DNA of 64,000 bases from Phyllosticta citribraziliensis (taxonomy: Eukaryota), in contig NW_027117345.1 of the NCBI RefSeq assembly GCF_038025025.1, positions 930,001-994,000 of the forward strand. The letters run 5' to 3'. Position 1 is the first letter of the stretch; each line of letters opens with the position of its first letter. The notes under the pieces were generated by a model. It worked only from the letters and a program-made list of their open reading frames with translations. It was not told the origin of the DNA and searched no databases. Below, in pieces: positions 1 to 12,226 of the stretch. The position numbers were made by a program, and so were the translations under genes.

Positions 1-78
1 GGCCTGGAGCAGGAAATCTATGACCTGTGGAGCGAGAAGGACAGGAGGGCCAGGGGTATTGGCAACAAAACCCACTAG
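1..78 (+). CDS. Possible 3' end of a gene entering from the left of the window (GLEQEIYDLWSEKDRRARGIGNKTH*)
   Basis: Frame 1 is open from base 1 to TAG at 76-78 and is followed by T-rich, 3'UTR-like sequence. Too short to identify. Confidence 0.3.
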   Translation, partial: GLEQEIYDLWSEKDRRARGIGNKTH

Positions 79-3000
79 GCATCGACGGAGTTGAGGACCG
101 AAGCGTTTCTTTGCTTTTCTTTGGTAGCGTTTACGTTTCATTTCTGGCGTCTCTTTGTTGGATTGGCTCATGGGGTCCAGTCGTTTCGAAGGCGAGGGGT
201 GGATCTGGGGCGGCAAGAAAGAAAGCGCTGAAGGAACGAGGGGGCGATTGCGCAGATTGCTACCAGGGCGGTTGACAGTAGAGTCAATTGCCTGGATCAT
301 TACTTTGGCGTATCGGATAGTTGGGCAAATTCATTCTCTTCCAACAATGATAGGATGTCTTGTAGCCGCGGAGTGATTAGCTTGGCTGGAGCTCCGTCCA
401 ATCCGTGCGAGTCGCGTGTGCCAAAATAGCAGCAGCCAGGCAGGTGATGGTAGACGCCGGGCGCACGGTGACGGCGACAGCCGACTGATACATCATCATG
501 AATGCGGCAGCAGGGAGGTCGGGCGACAGTTGTTTCCGATGAACTCAAAGCAGTGGTGCGATGGTTGACGGATTGAGTGCGGATGAGGTCGGTGAAGAGG
601 TCGAGTCGGCGCACTGAGGTGGAGGAGTAGCGCAGCACGTGATGTGGAGCTAGTCCGTTTTGGGAGGACCCCACCCAGACAGCTCTCCAACAAGACGTTT
701 TTGCAAATTCCATCTCCCTCGGCATCATCCATCGCCAGTGTGTTGCTCAGCCATCGCCAGTTCGCTTGCCGATGCGGCATCGTTGAAGTGGTTGAGGCTT
801 CCGCCTTTTGCAACCATGATTGCGTCGACGGCGACGAAATTCAAGTGATCCTGGTGACTGGCCATTCTTTCTGTTTCTTGATCCTCTTTTGTTGTTTTCT
901 TGTGTCTCCTAGGTCCTGCCATTCGAATGAAGCGACATGGCGTCCGCGGTAAAGACGAAATAACGACTGTGTCGCGGTAAAAGTCAGCTTCCTCAAAGTT
1001 ATCAGTCATTTCCATCCGAGTCGAACTTGCCAAGAAGAAACACCCCCCCTCTCTTTGATCTTCTGCCATGTGGAAAGAGTAGGCCCTTTTAGTCTCGAAA
1101 GGAGTCGTATCTGCGCAAGAATTGCAAGGTCATTGTTTTCGTTTGTGTGGAAGTCAAGCACCTTTAGTGCGCGGCCAACGTGGCGGCCGCTGAGTGGTCC
1201 TCTCCGTCTGTTGATCCCTCCGATCCTAGAATGGGGCCCAATCTGTTCAAGTTCGGTCTGGTGATCCAGGTCCCATCCGCGTATTTCTTGCTGTTCGCTG
1301 CGGTCATCCGTTCGGCCGCTTCCCCCAAGCGGGCATGGTCATGTCGACTGATGACTTCAGTTTTCGATCGACATCGAAGCCGAATCCCAGGACCTTGACA
1401 GCAGCTCGCTGCTACAAATACGCTCCTAAGCGCCTGCTGGCATCCTGCGAGTCTTTGCAGAAGCAACAGCACCTACACGCCGGCATGTCTCGAAATAACA
1501 GGGAAGTTGCTAGAATATGCAGCACAGAAAGACGGTAACCAATGAGCGGGCCGAGCCGGGGTCCGTTACGACTCTTGGGTTTTGGAAGGGCCGTTGATTG
1601 CTGGAGAAAGAGCTGAGACTTGCTGAGAGGTCTCCAGGGTGTTGATAGAGGTGTGTCAAGTCTTGTGTAACCATCATGCAGTCGTTTTCTCCGCCAGCGG
1701 CAAAGCCTTTTTGTCGTTCGATGATAGCCAATCCGTTGGTGAGTAGCAGGTTTTCCCAAACCCAGGTAGATTGTCACTCACTAAGGCTAGACATTTGCAT
1801 GACCGCCTCACCCGACGGTGGTAATGTCCAGCCAACGGTCATGATGGATCGTTGGTGCTGGCTTGTACCACCGACGTCGATGTAAAAATTGAATTGTGCG
1901 ATCAAGGGGTGCGCGTTACCTCAAACCCATTTTCCAAGCACACTGCGACATCACGCCTCCAAGGTTCGCTCCTGTCCACGCCCGATTCCCCCTGTGATCA
2001 CTGGATGATGTCCAATTGATAGCAACACCAGGGCCAGAAAGTTGCGCACAAAGCGACAATGGTGCCTCTGATTCGCAGTTGCGTAAACGTCTCCTTCGAC
2101 TCGTACAGATCGATTCCATCCAAGGTCACCCTCGTCGGCTGGTTTCCAAATCATGGCCCAAGCGCCTGAGATTCCACCATGATCCCTTCTCGCCAGACTC
2201 CACCGGTCCACGCCGTCGATCTCGAGCCGTTCCGCAACCGCTAGCTCTAGTCGAGCTTAGCCAGACGTCGCTCCTGCGCTGCTACTGCTGCGAACCCGTT
2301 CTCCACCTGTCCACCCATCATCCATCGCCCCCTTGACGTCCTCCCTCCAGGCACACATGCACATCATCTGGGCAAACTAGGCGACTTGGCAAAGGAGTTA
2401 AAGCTATGCAAGGGCTCCCAATTACCGAAGCTGCTGGCTTCCGCTGTCGTGTGCGACGGCTAGTGCTCCCACCTTTGCAGACCGCGCGATGCACGCGATG
2501 GTCCCGCGTCGTTGGAGGGACCCGATGGGAAGGGCCCCATTCCAGCTGCACATTCGCTCGGCTGATCCTACCGAGTCTGAGCGCGCGCAGACCCTGTCGC
2601 TGATTTTCCGATCGCCCCTTTAGCGCAACCTTTCATCAACGTCACTCTTCAATGGAAAGACCCAAGTGTCGCTGTTATCATTCTCTCCCGTGTATGGAGT
2701 TAGCAAATCGGGAACAATGTTAGAGAAAAAGACAACTCTCATGTGATCTATTATGCTACTACATTCAAACAGGCCATACATGCTCGGCTTTCCATATCAA
2801 GTGTTCACCCTTTCACCGCGGCAAAATCTCCACAGATAAAAACCGAACTTCTTGTTCCTGTACCGCAAGGAAACACATCTTCCTTGTGTAAAATGCGGCC
2901 ATGGAGCAGCAAAAGTCAACGAACGACAGGCTGTTGGCTGAGCATAGTCGGCGTGACAAATTGGTGGTCCATGGCCACAAAAGCGAGTGATGATAATGTT

Positions 3001-3093
3001 CAAGAGCGAGAGAGATAGAGAGGTGACGCCAACTTTCATAAAAGATCAAACGAGCGGACGGGCGGACTCAGCCGGCGAGAGGCCTGACTGCCT

Positions 3094-6000
3094 TCAAGCC
3101 TTCTTGAGTTCCGTGTTTCCCTCCACCTTCTTCAAGCTCACACCGTGCAGCTCGACGACATAGTTGCCGTCAGTGTCGCGCGATCCACTGCAGCCGCTCA
3201 CCTCGATCTTGAGGGTCTCGCTTCCGGTGCTAGAGCTGGGCACCGTGAAAGTTGTCTGAATGTCGGCGGCGCTCTTGCCGGGGGCAGAAGCCAGGACGCT
3301 GGTCTTGCCGATGGACAGGCTGGCCTTGCAGGCAAAGGCTTGGGACTGCGAAATCCTGGCCGACAACTGGTAAGTGGCACCGGGGCACAAGGTCTGGTTC
3401 TGGGAAAGAGTCATGATGGCGTCGGGTTGCTGAGCAACAATCTTGCCCACGGTAGAGGTGGAGCCATCGGCGGCAATCGCGGGTGATGCGACAAAGAAGA
3501 TGTCGGCAGATGGCGAGTAGGGCTTCCAGTCATCGGCGTTGCCCTGCAAATCTGTAGACGCAAAGTCGCTGTTCAAGACAATGTTGTAGTCGTTCGAACA
3601 TGCGTCTGCTTCATTGTCGCGACGCTCAAGAGCGGGGGGTGGCGCATATGTTGGCCTCGGCGGAGGTGCGTACTCTGGACGAGTAGTGGTGCTCAACGCC
3701 GTCACAGAAGAGCTCGTCGTCGGGAAGCAGCTGCTTGCGCATACTGAAGTGGTACTAATGCTCACCGACGTGGTAGTGCTCACTGAAGTCAAAGTGACAG
3801 TGACTGCAGGCGATGAAGTGCAAGTGTCCGCAGGAGTTGTGGCGTTGGCAGATGGCGTGGGGAAACCGCTCGTGCCAACTGGAGTTGAGAAAGCTCCGCT
3901 GCGGTTGCCCTCAGATCCCGAAATAGGCGTCGTCGCATTTGCTGAAGGCGTCGGGAACCCACTAGACGGGGCCGTGGCCAGGGGAGTCGTCGAGTTCAAA
4001 CTGGGGGTAGGGAAGCCGCTCGTGCCACCAGGCGTAGAGAACGCTCCGCTGCGGTTACCCTCCGTCCCAGAGATGGGCGTCGTCGCGTTTGCAGACGGCG
4101 TCGGGAATGCATAGGACGGAGCCGTAGCCAAGGGGGTGGTCGAGTTCAGGCTGGGGGTGGGGAAACCGCTCGTACCGCCTGGCGTAGAGAACGCTCCACT
4201 GCGGTTGCCCTCAGTGCCGGAGATGGGCGTCGTCGCATTCGTAGACGGCGTCGGGAATCCATAGGACGGAGCCGTGGCCAGGGGGGTAGTCGAGTTCACA
4301 CTCGGCGTAGGGAACCCGCTCGTACCACCGGGCGTGGTAGAGAAAGCTCCGCTCCGGTTGCCTTCAGTTCCAGAAATAGGCGTCGTCGCATTCGCGGATG
4401 GCGTCGGGAACGCATAGGACGGAGCCGTGCCCAATGGAGTGGTCGAGTTCAAGCCACCAGCGGTCGTAGAGTATGAGCCGCTGCGGTTGCCCTCTGTTCC
4501 GGACACGGGTGTCGTGGCGTTGGCACTCTGAGTCGGGAATCCACTCGAAGGTGCGCTACCCGCTGGGGTCGTAGAGTTGGACGATGAAGGAGCAGGGTAG
4601 CCAGGAGCAGTACCAATCGGCGACGAAGTCGAGTTGACCGGGGCATAGGTGGGTGCCGTTCCGATGGGCGTGCTGGTCGTGGAGAATTGGCCACTCCTAT
4701 TGCCTTCGGTACCAGAAATCGGCGTCGTGGCATTGGCAGAGTTGACGGGAACACCGCTTGGCGCCGTTCCTAGTGGAGTAGAAGTCGTTCCATTCACCGA
4801 GTTGACAAGAGATCCGCTGGGTGCCGTTCCGATGGGAGTCGGCGTCGTGGAGAACTGGCCGCTGCGGTTACCCTCTGTCCCGGAAATTGGCGTTGTTGCG
4901 TTTGCCGAGTTCACGGGAGAGCCACTTGGCGCCGTGGCAAGAGGGGTTGAAGTCGTGCCATTGACCACAGAAGGACCTGCGTACGTAGGAGCGGAAGGCG
5001 TGCCGGTCGTAGAGTATTGACCGCTGCGGTTGCCCTCCGTGCCCGAAATTGGTGTTGTTGCGTTTGCTGAGTTCACGGGGGAACCACTCGGCGCCGTGCC
5101 AAGAGGCGTCGTGGTCGTACCATTCACACCTGCGTAGGTAGGAGCGGAAGGCGTGCCAGTTGTAGAAAATTGGCCGCTTCGGTTGCCCTCCGTCCCAGAG
5201 ATGGGCGTCGTCGTGTTTGCAGAGTTTACGGGGGAGCCACTCGGCGCCGTGGCAAGAGGTGTCGTGGTCGTACCATTCACTACGGATGGGCCTGCGTATG
5301 TGGGTGCAGAAGGCGAGCCGGTCGTGGAGTATTGGCCGCTTCGGTTGCCCTCAGTGCCGGAAATTGGCGTCGTCGCATTTGCAGAGTTGATTGGAGCACC
5401 ACTCGGGGCCGTTCCGGAAGCGATGGGCGTCGTAGAGTTGAGGGGTGCGCTCGGGTATGTCTCGAAAGCAGGCGTGCTGGTTGTAGAAAACTGGCCGCTG
5501 CGGTTGCCCTCAGTTCCTGAGACCGGGGTAGTGGCATTAGCAGAATTGACCGGCACTCCGCTCGGGGCGGTTCCCAGAGGAGTCGTCGTGAATTGTCCAC
5601 TGCGGTTGCCTTCTGATCCAGAAATAGGTGTCGAGCTGGCTGGAGATGTACCATTGGGACCGGCGTAAGTCGGGAACGACTCGAGAGGCGCAGTCGTGGA
5701 GTACTGGCCACTCCTGTTGCCCTCAGACCCAGAGATCGGGGTAGTGGCATTAGCAGAGTTGACTGGTGCTCCGCTCGGGGCAGTGCCCAGAGGAGTCGTC
5801 GTGAATTGTCCACTGCGGTTGCCTTCTGTTCCAGAAATAGGCGTCGAGCTGGCTGGAGATGTACCGTTGGGGCCGGCGTAAGTCGGCAGCGACTCAAGAG
5901 GCGCAGTCGTAGAGTATTGGCCGCTCCTGTTGCCCTCAGAACCCGAAACCGGGGTAGTAGCATTAGCAGAGTTGACTGGCGCTCCGCTCGGGGCGGTTCC

Positions 6001-9000
6001 CAGAGGTGTGGTTGAGAATTGTCCGCTGCGGTTGCCCTCAGTGCCCGAAACCGGGGTTGAGGCAGCTGGCGTCGTGGTGTTGCCCGATGGTGTAGCGTAT
6101 GAGGGCACGTCTGTCGCAGGAGTCGTAGAATACTGGCCGCTACGGTTCCCTTCTGTGCCAGAAACTGGGGTGGTGGCATTTGCAGAGTTCACGGGCACAC
6201 CGCTAGGAGCAGTGCCCACGGGCGTAGAGAATTGGCCGCTGCGGTCACCCTCAGTGCCCGAGACAGGCGTGGAACTGGCAGGAGCCGACGAGTTGGACGA
6301 AGGTCCGACGTACGTGGGGGCAGATTCTGCCGGAGCAGATCCAGACGCGGGTGTGGTTGCATTGGCTGAGTTGATAGGGGACGCGCTGGGAACGCTAGTA
6401 GGCGCAGGTGTAGAGAACTCGCCACTGCGGTCGCCTTCCGTGCCAGAAACAGGCGTGGTTGCGTTGGCCGAGTTGACAGGAGAGCCGCTCGGCACGGTTC
6501 CGACAGGACTCGTAGTGGACTCTCCAGGGGGCGGAGCGTAGGTGGGAAGAGCAGGTCCTGAAGTCTCAGCTGCCGGGGATGTGGACAGGCCAGCAGTAGA
6601 AGCGTTCACCGACGGAGCAGGAATTCCGCTGGAGCCAGTACCAAGCGGGGTGCTAAGGGAGAGGCTACCGCTGCGGTCTCCTTGAGTTCCCGAGATAGAG
6701 GCTGGTGCCGTCGAGTTTGCAGGAACTTCGCTCGTAGGCGAGGCATAGGGCGGAATGACCGATTCTCCACCAGTAGATGTCGAATTCGCGGTCTCTGTGT
6801 TGGTAGAAATCGTGATGGGAACCACCGAGGTGCCATTGACGGAAAATACCGTCGAAATACCAGCGGAGGGCGTGGGCGTAGTGGAGTAAGAGCCCTCGCG
6901 AGGTCCCTCGCTGCCGCTGATGGGAGTCGAGTAAGCTGGCGGAATAACGGTCTCTCCGCCGGTCGATGTGGAATTGGCCGTCTCAGTTTCGATGGAAATC
7001 GTCACTGGAACCACTGAAGTTCCATTGGTGGAATACACCGTCGAGAGACCGGCTGATGGGGTCGGAGTGGTTGTGAAAGAGCCCTCACGAGGTCCTTCGC
7101 TTCCACTTGGGGTCGACGACGGCGGGAAGACGGTCTCCCCTCCAGTTGAGGTAGCATTTGCCGTCTCGGAGGTTGCCGTAACCACGCTCTGAATGACGCT
7201 GCTGATCTCAGAAACGAGGGTGGAATTGAGCGCTGCCGTCGTGGACGGCGGAATAACGGTCTCTCCGCCAGTGGAAGTGAAGTTGGCAGTAGAGGATCCG
7301 ACAGTTGACGTCACAACGTACTCAGAGGTTATGGTCGACTCGACGACACTTGAAGGGGGGATGACGCTTTCGCCCCCTGTAGATACTGCGCCTGAGGTGT
7401 TGACGGCGTAAGTTGACGTGACCACCTGAGTAGCCGTGAGGGTCAGGTGCGTCGTCTCGAGGCCAGAGTCCGTCGACTCGGTGGAGCTCGCCGGTGGAAT
7501 GACGCTTTCTCCTCCGGTAGAAGTGGAGTTTGACGTGGCAGTCGACAGTGTAGTTGCTGACGCTCCTCCAGTGACACTAGGACCAGGGATAATGGTGCTG
7601 CTCGAAGACTCGACGATGACGACATTGCCCGAAGTAATGGTATGGATGGCAGACTCGAGGCCGGTGGCAGTAGCAGCCGACGTAGACGTGATCGCGGGCA
7701 GCGTGACTACGTATGAAGTGGTGAATACCTGGGTGTTGTTGAATGTACAGATTGCTTGGGCCGAAGCAGCATACGAAGAGGCGGAGAACCACGAGATGTG
7801 CAGATAGCCGCTGGCATCAGTGTAAGTAGTGGTAAAGGCAGTAGCACCACCAGTGCTCGTTGCGTTTCCGTCGCAGTTGGGAGGCAAAGCCGTACGTCCG
7901 AGCCTCAAGCCAGAGTTCGGGGTTACAGTTGCATTTGGAGCAGGCCGCGTGAAGGGAGGAGCGTCGGTCCCGTTGAATTGGCCAATCGATACCACACCAG
8001 CAAAACCGGCCCCTGGCACATCAGTTGGGACGTAGTTGGTCGCGTTGCCCAAAAGAGAACAAGTGAATCCGCCATCAGAGTTGGGTGCGAAGTCGAAACC
8101 TACGCAAATGGAGGAACTTGATGAATCGTCGTAACTTGAGCACAAGGAGGCGCAGTCGGCCGGATATCCAACACGGTCCTGTGAAATTGGGGTGTCGGTG
8201 TAGTTGACACCACAGAAAACTTGGTAGGCAAATGTGTGGTTGCCGACGGCGTAGTTCTTGATCGTCCTGTCGTCTGCTGGACAGTCGATTGACTGGCCTA
8301 TTGGCCCGTCGGAAGGCGCAGGTGCACTGGTAGTGGCGGGACTCGAAGCCGAAGGGCTACTCGATGAGGAGCCACTTGGGGACGAAGAGCTACCAGCAGA
8401 CGCTGTCACTGTCTCAACTTCACTGAACACAATACTGCTGTTGACGGTAATCGTAGTCCGCGCGAAACCCTGAACCGTAGAAATCTAGCATTAAGTCAGG
8501 AGACGGAGAATTGAGGACAGGTTCTAAACATACCCGACCCTGAGCATTGTAGGTTGAAGTGGTAGTACGCGGCCCGGGCAAGCCAAGGCAGTCGCAAGCA
8601 CTTGAGAGCCCCGAGCTGATTGACTTGAGAGCAAACGCAGTAGAGTCGAAAGTAGAGTTGGCTTGGACTTGGCGCATGAAAACATTGATGGCTTCGACGT
8701 TGGCTGCTCGTTTGTCAAGCACCGGGGCCTCGGTGGGTTCTGGAGCCCTAGCCTGAAGACTCGGTCCTACGGTGGTGGTGCTGGTAACAGTGACGCTGAC
8801 AAAGTTGTTGACGGTGGCAGTTCGGGTAGATGTGACCTGAGTGAGGGTTCTGGAGCGAATTAGTCATTTAGCAGAAGAAAGTTCAGGGTGGATCGACTCA
8901 CGAGGTCCCAGTGTAAGGAACGACGACGGTGGAAGTCTTTTGGCCAATGAGGGTCCTGCAGAGATCAGACGCAGAGACGTGGCTCGAGAGGCATTGGTAG

Positions 9001-9179
9001 TAATCATTCGAGGGAACGCAAGCGTCTTGCCGCTTGAAGACGCGCTTATAGACATCGTTCATCCATCCTTGAATGTCCGCTTCAGGTGCTGGAGCTCGTT
9101 TCTGGATGATGTGGGCGTCTGACACGGAAAAGGAAAGACTGGCGGCCAAGGCCACGAGGGTAGAATGAGTGAACAGCAT
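3094..9179 (-). CDS. Giant (~1,990 aa) secreted Ser/Thr/Pro-rich repeat glycoprotein with a PAN/apple-like Cys domain and a C-terminal CBM4/9-like (galactose-binding fold) domain
   Basis: Exons 9179-8902, 8849-8534 and 8484-3094 join in frame across GT-AG introns (8901-8850, 8533-8485). Signal peptide MLFTHSTLVALAASLSFSVSDA; Kex2-like KR sites. Cys pattern CPADD..YQVFCGVNY..DCASLC..CVGFDF..CSL. C-terminal NSDF..W..TLSQNQTLCPGATYQLS..C domain. No hydrophobic GPI tail (ends ELKKA). Confidence 0.88.
3880..7110 (-). repeat. Intragenic degenerate tandem repeat array: ~22 copies of TP[IV]SG[TS]EG[ND]RSGx[FY]ST in variable S/T/P spacers
   Basis: Counted by eye in the translation. On the + strand the DNA motif ccgctgcggttgccctc recurs with synonymous variation. 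Confidence 0.9.
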
Positions 9180-9725
9180 GCCGAGCAATCAGAACGAATG
9201 GCGATTGCTCCTGCACGAACAATGACTGTGTCGTGTAGTGACAGAAGGCCATGACAGAGTGCGGTGCCTAATATGCTTTATACCGAACAAGATGAAATGA
9301 GACAGAGCACGCCCTTTACCACCATCATGGCAAAAAGCCCACCATGGCGAAGGCTGGTGGAGTAGAAAATTGTGCCTTGCAGAGCCAACGGCCTTGCCGG
9401 CCATTTCCTGACTGGCAAAAGTGCCACCAGAACGCGTGCGCGATGCATAGAGGGGCAAGAAATGGTCGTATTCCGAGACAAGCCCTGGGTTCACTCAGAT
9501 GGGAATATCCTGAATCAAAGAAACGGGTGTAGACACGACGCGGTGGTGGGTTGATCGTTCCATTCTTGGTAACCAGGTTCAGGACTGGTTGTCAGGAGGC
9601 ATTTGTGGGAGGCACGCCCTTGCTTCGCTCTCTCCTTTGATTGACCAAAACCGCGAAGTCCGAGAGCATGTCGCAATCTGGTCTAGCCTCGACGAGTATA
9701 CCCTAAAAAGGGGGGCACGATTGCT

Positions 9726-9750
9726 ACGCGTGTGACGCGTGAGGGCGCGT
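9726..9750. promoter_or_regulatory. Cluster of MCB/APSES-type CGCG elements in a divergent promoter
   Basis: ACGCGT at 9726-9731 and 9735-9740, and GCGCGT at 9745-9750, about 550 bp upstream of the giant gene's ATG. Confidence 0.35.
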
Positions 9751-10410
9751 CTTCCAAGGCAAGTGGGGAAGCTGTATGCAGGAACAGAGACATCGTCATG
9801 AATTTGAAGTATGGCAACGTCGAATGAAGCCGAGCGACCGAGGCGGACTCGAGAAGAAAAAAGAGAACCAAAGGCAGACAGAGAGAAAAAATAGACAGAC
9901 AACAAAAGCCTCTCGGAAAGCAGAGCGATGACTTGAACTTGGGACCAAAAGTAGAAAATCTCCTAGACTGTCTCTGTCAGAGGCGCTCTTTGCACGACGC
10001 GGTGGCAGCCGTCTGCGCGACGTGGGAGCCCGGCGAGGAGTCAGCGATGGGCCGGGCTGAAGGCGAGGAATGCAACAAGGTCGAGTCGCGACCGCTGTGG
10101 CTGGTGGAGGATTGATGGGGCGCGGTTTGGTGGTCGGAGGTTAGAGTTAGGAGTCGGCCTGGAGTAACCGGGGCTTGGCAGGGCACCGACGCGCAAGCCC
10201 AAGCGAGACGTAGCAATCAAACATTCAGTTCCAACCTCCCGCATCGCTCTCCCTCCACACCTCACCAGCATGCGACCATCCTAATCTCCCTCTGCTCTGT
10301 CAAGGACACTTTCGACCTGCTCCCATGCAAGCCACCATCACACCAGCTGAACCCGCCGAATCCTCCACCACCTCACCGGCCCGCAACACTTTCGCCAGAC
10401 TCCATTCCAC

Positions 10411-11056
10411 ATGGGCGCATGCGCTTCGTGCCTAGGCCTTGGCCGCAGGTCTTCACACGATGAGGTATGATGTCTTCCTCGTTGGTCGCCGTACTTCTGC
10501 GCTGGGAACGAGCCTCGACGGCTGACTTATCCCTTACACAGCCCTCGGACACTTCGCAGCTCCTAGGAGACCAGTATCAGTCACAGTACGGCGCCGCTGC
10601 TTCCTCCGGCCCACACCTGGGTGGCAGTCCTCAGCCCGATCCCGAAGAGATCAGGCGTCAGCGTGACGCGCTGGAGCGCATTTGCGCGCAGACTTCGGAG
10701 TAGGTCGCGCCCCCAATCAGCCAGAGAAGTCCGCTAACAACTCATCCCTTTGCAGCAAGTTGATCGATGTCTCACAATCCACGCACACTGATGAGGGCTC
10801 CAAAATGACCAGCGAGTATCCTCGTCTTTTCATGGAGCGTTTCCCCCCCACCAATCACGAAGACAGCCGCCCGTCGTCGTCCGGAACAGCTTTTGAGCAC
10901 GATGAAACGGCATGGCTCGCTGAAGTCACAAAAGATATGGGCGACGATGGCGACTGGAACCACGTCAGAGTCGTCGATAACGGCTCTCTCACCATTCAAT
11001 TCGACGAAGTCTTGGGTCTGAATTCGGATCGCAGGTCCTCGCCTGTCCGCGCCTGA
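10411..11056 (+). CDS. LAMTOR1/Ego1(Meh1)-like vacuolar membrane anchor of the EGO/Ragulator complex
   Basis: Exons 10411-10464, 10542-10699 and 10756-11056. N-terminus MGACASCLG fits myristoylation plus palmitoylation. Also a dileucine-like DTSQLL and the motif ALERICAQTSDKLIDVS. Confidence 0.8.
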
Positions 11057-12226
11057 TGGGCTTCACACCACCAACCTCCTTCGCAGCCCCCACCCAACAG
11101 CTGAGTCCGCTGTCCTTACGCCAACCGCGGCGGAATCGCCGAGCACTTTCTCTCCTTTCCAATAATTTCCTTGCACTCACATGCTTTGTCTCTCCTGCTA
11201 TCGGGTTTCCTTTGGATCTGCGTTTTAGGTAATTTTTCGGTTTGGTTCCAGAGCCCGACGTGGCTTCTGCAGAATGGCTTTCCTTGTCTTCAAGATTGGC
11301 GCTTTGGGCAGGAAGGCACAACGTTACAAGGTAGCATATCTTTCCTACCATAGCTATATACCCAGATTTTGGTTTTCTTCCTTGACAGTTGCTCGAATTC
11401 TTTACGTCTGTTTTGAATCTGCACAAGTCGATCAGACTTGGAACTGCTGCTGAGGGGGAGCGATTCCGCCGTTTCTAGTGCTCAATTCGGGAGACCACAT
11501 TTCCTTTACTTCTCTCAACAGACCTTCAGCTCTCTCTCATTGATCACCCAGCGGAAAGTTTTGCTGCCTAGGTCTAGGCAGAGCCTCCTGCCGTTTTGCA
11601 GACGATCGGCTTGGCGAGACTTGGCTGCAATACGTCATGCCGGACACGATCTGCTGGAGATCATGCGTCACTGCCGACGACCTTCCCTTGCGTATTGTCG
11701 CGGATAGCTAGACAACCACCGCTATCAGTCGATACCACGGCCCATCTTGACAATCTCCACCTTGTTCGGTAGCTAGCGACTACCTTCCCTTCGACCTTTT
11801 CTTGGACATGCCTTTTGCCATATCCACAGATTTCCTTCGGAGCAGCAGCTTCTCTCCACGTCAACACTTCGCGCAGGTGAGCATTCCTCTCCACAGCCAT
11901 GTCAACGCTCGTTTCTGCGTGAGCGTGGTTCTTCTGATCTTCTCGCTTACGGATCCTTTCACGCTTCCGACGGCGCCTCAACGTCTCTGCCGCTGACTTC
12001 AAGAAACAGATTCATTTAGATACCGACTCCGTGTGTTGGGTGCTGCCCCAATATCCATCACCCCGCATCCAAAAACAAAACACCATTCCAGGTCTGCCTT
12101 GGACAACGAAAAGTACAGGAAAGTAATCTCAGGGAGACCGACCAGATTCATCCAATTCCACACCACATCGTTTCCCTTCTCCCTCTCCCTCCCCTTCCTC
12201 CTCGCAAATCACGACTTAATCCTCTC

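Noticed and set aside
300..2600. Several 70-140 aa ORFs on both strands; possible decayed minus-strand gene
   Set aside because: No recognisable motif, and I could not build a consistent splice model or see codon bias. A tblastx search would be needed.
3145..8473. Many plus-strand ORFs with repeated WPLRLPSVPE
   Set aside because: Antisense shadows of the giant repeat gene.
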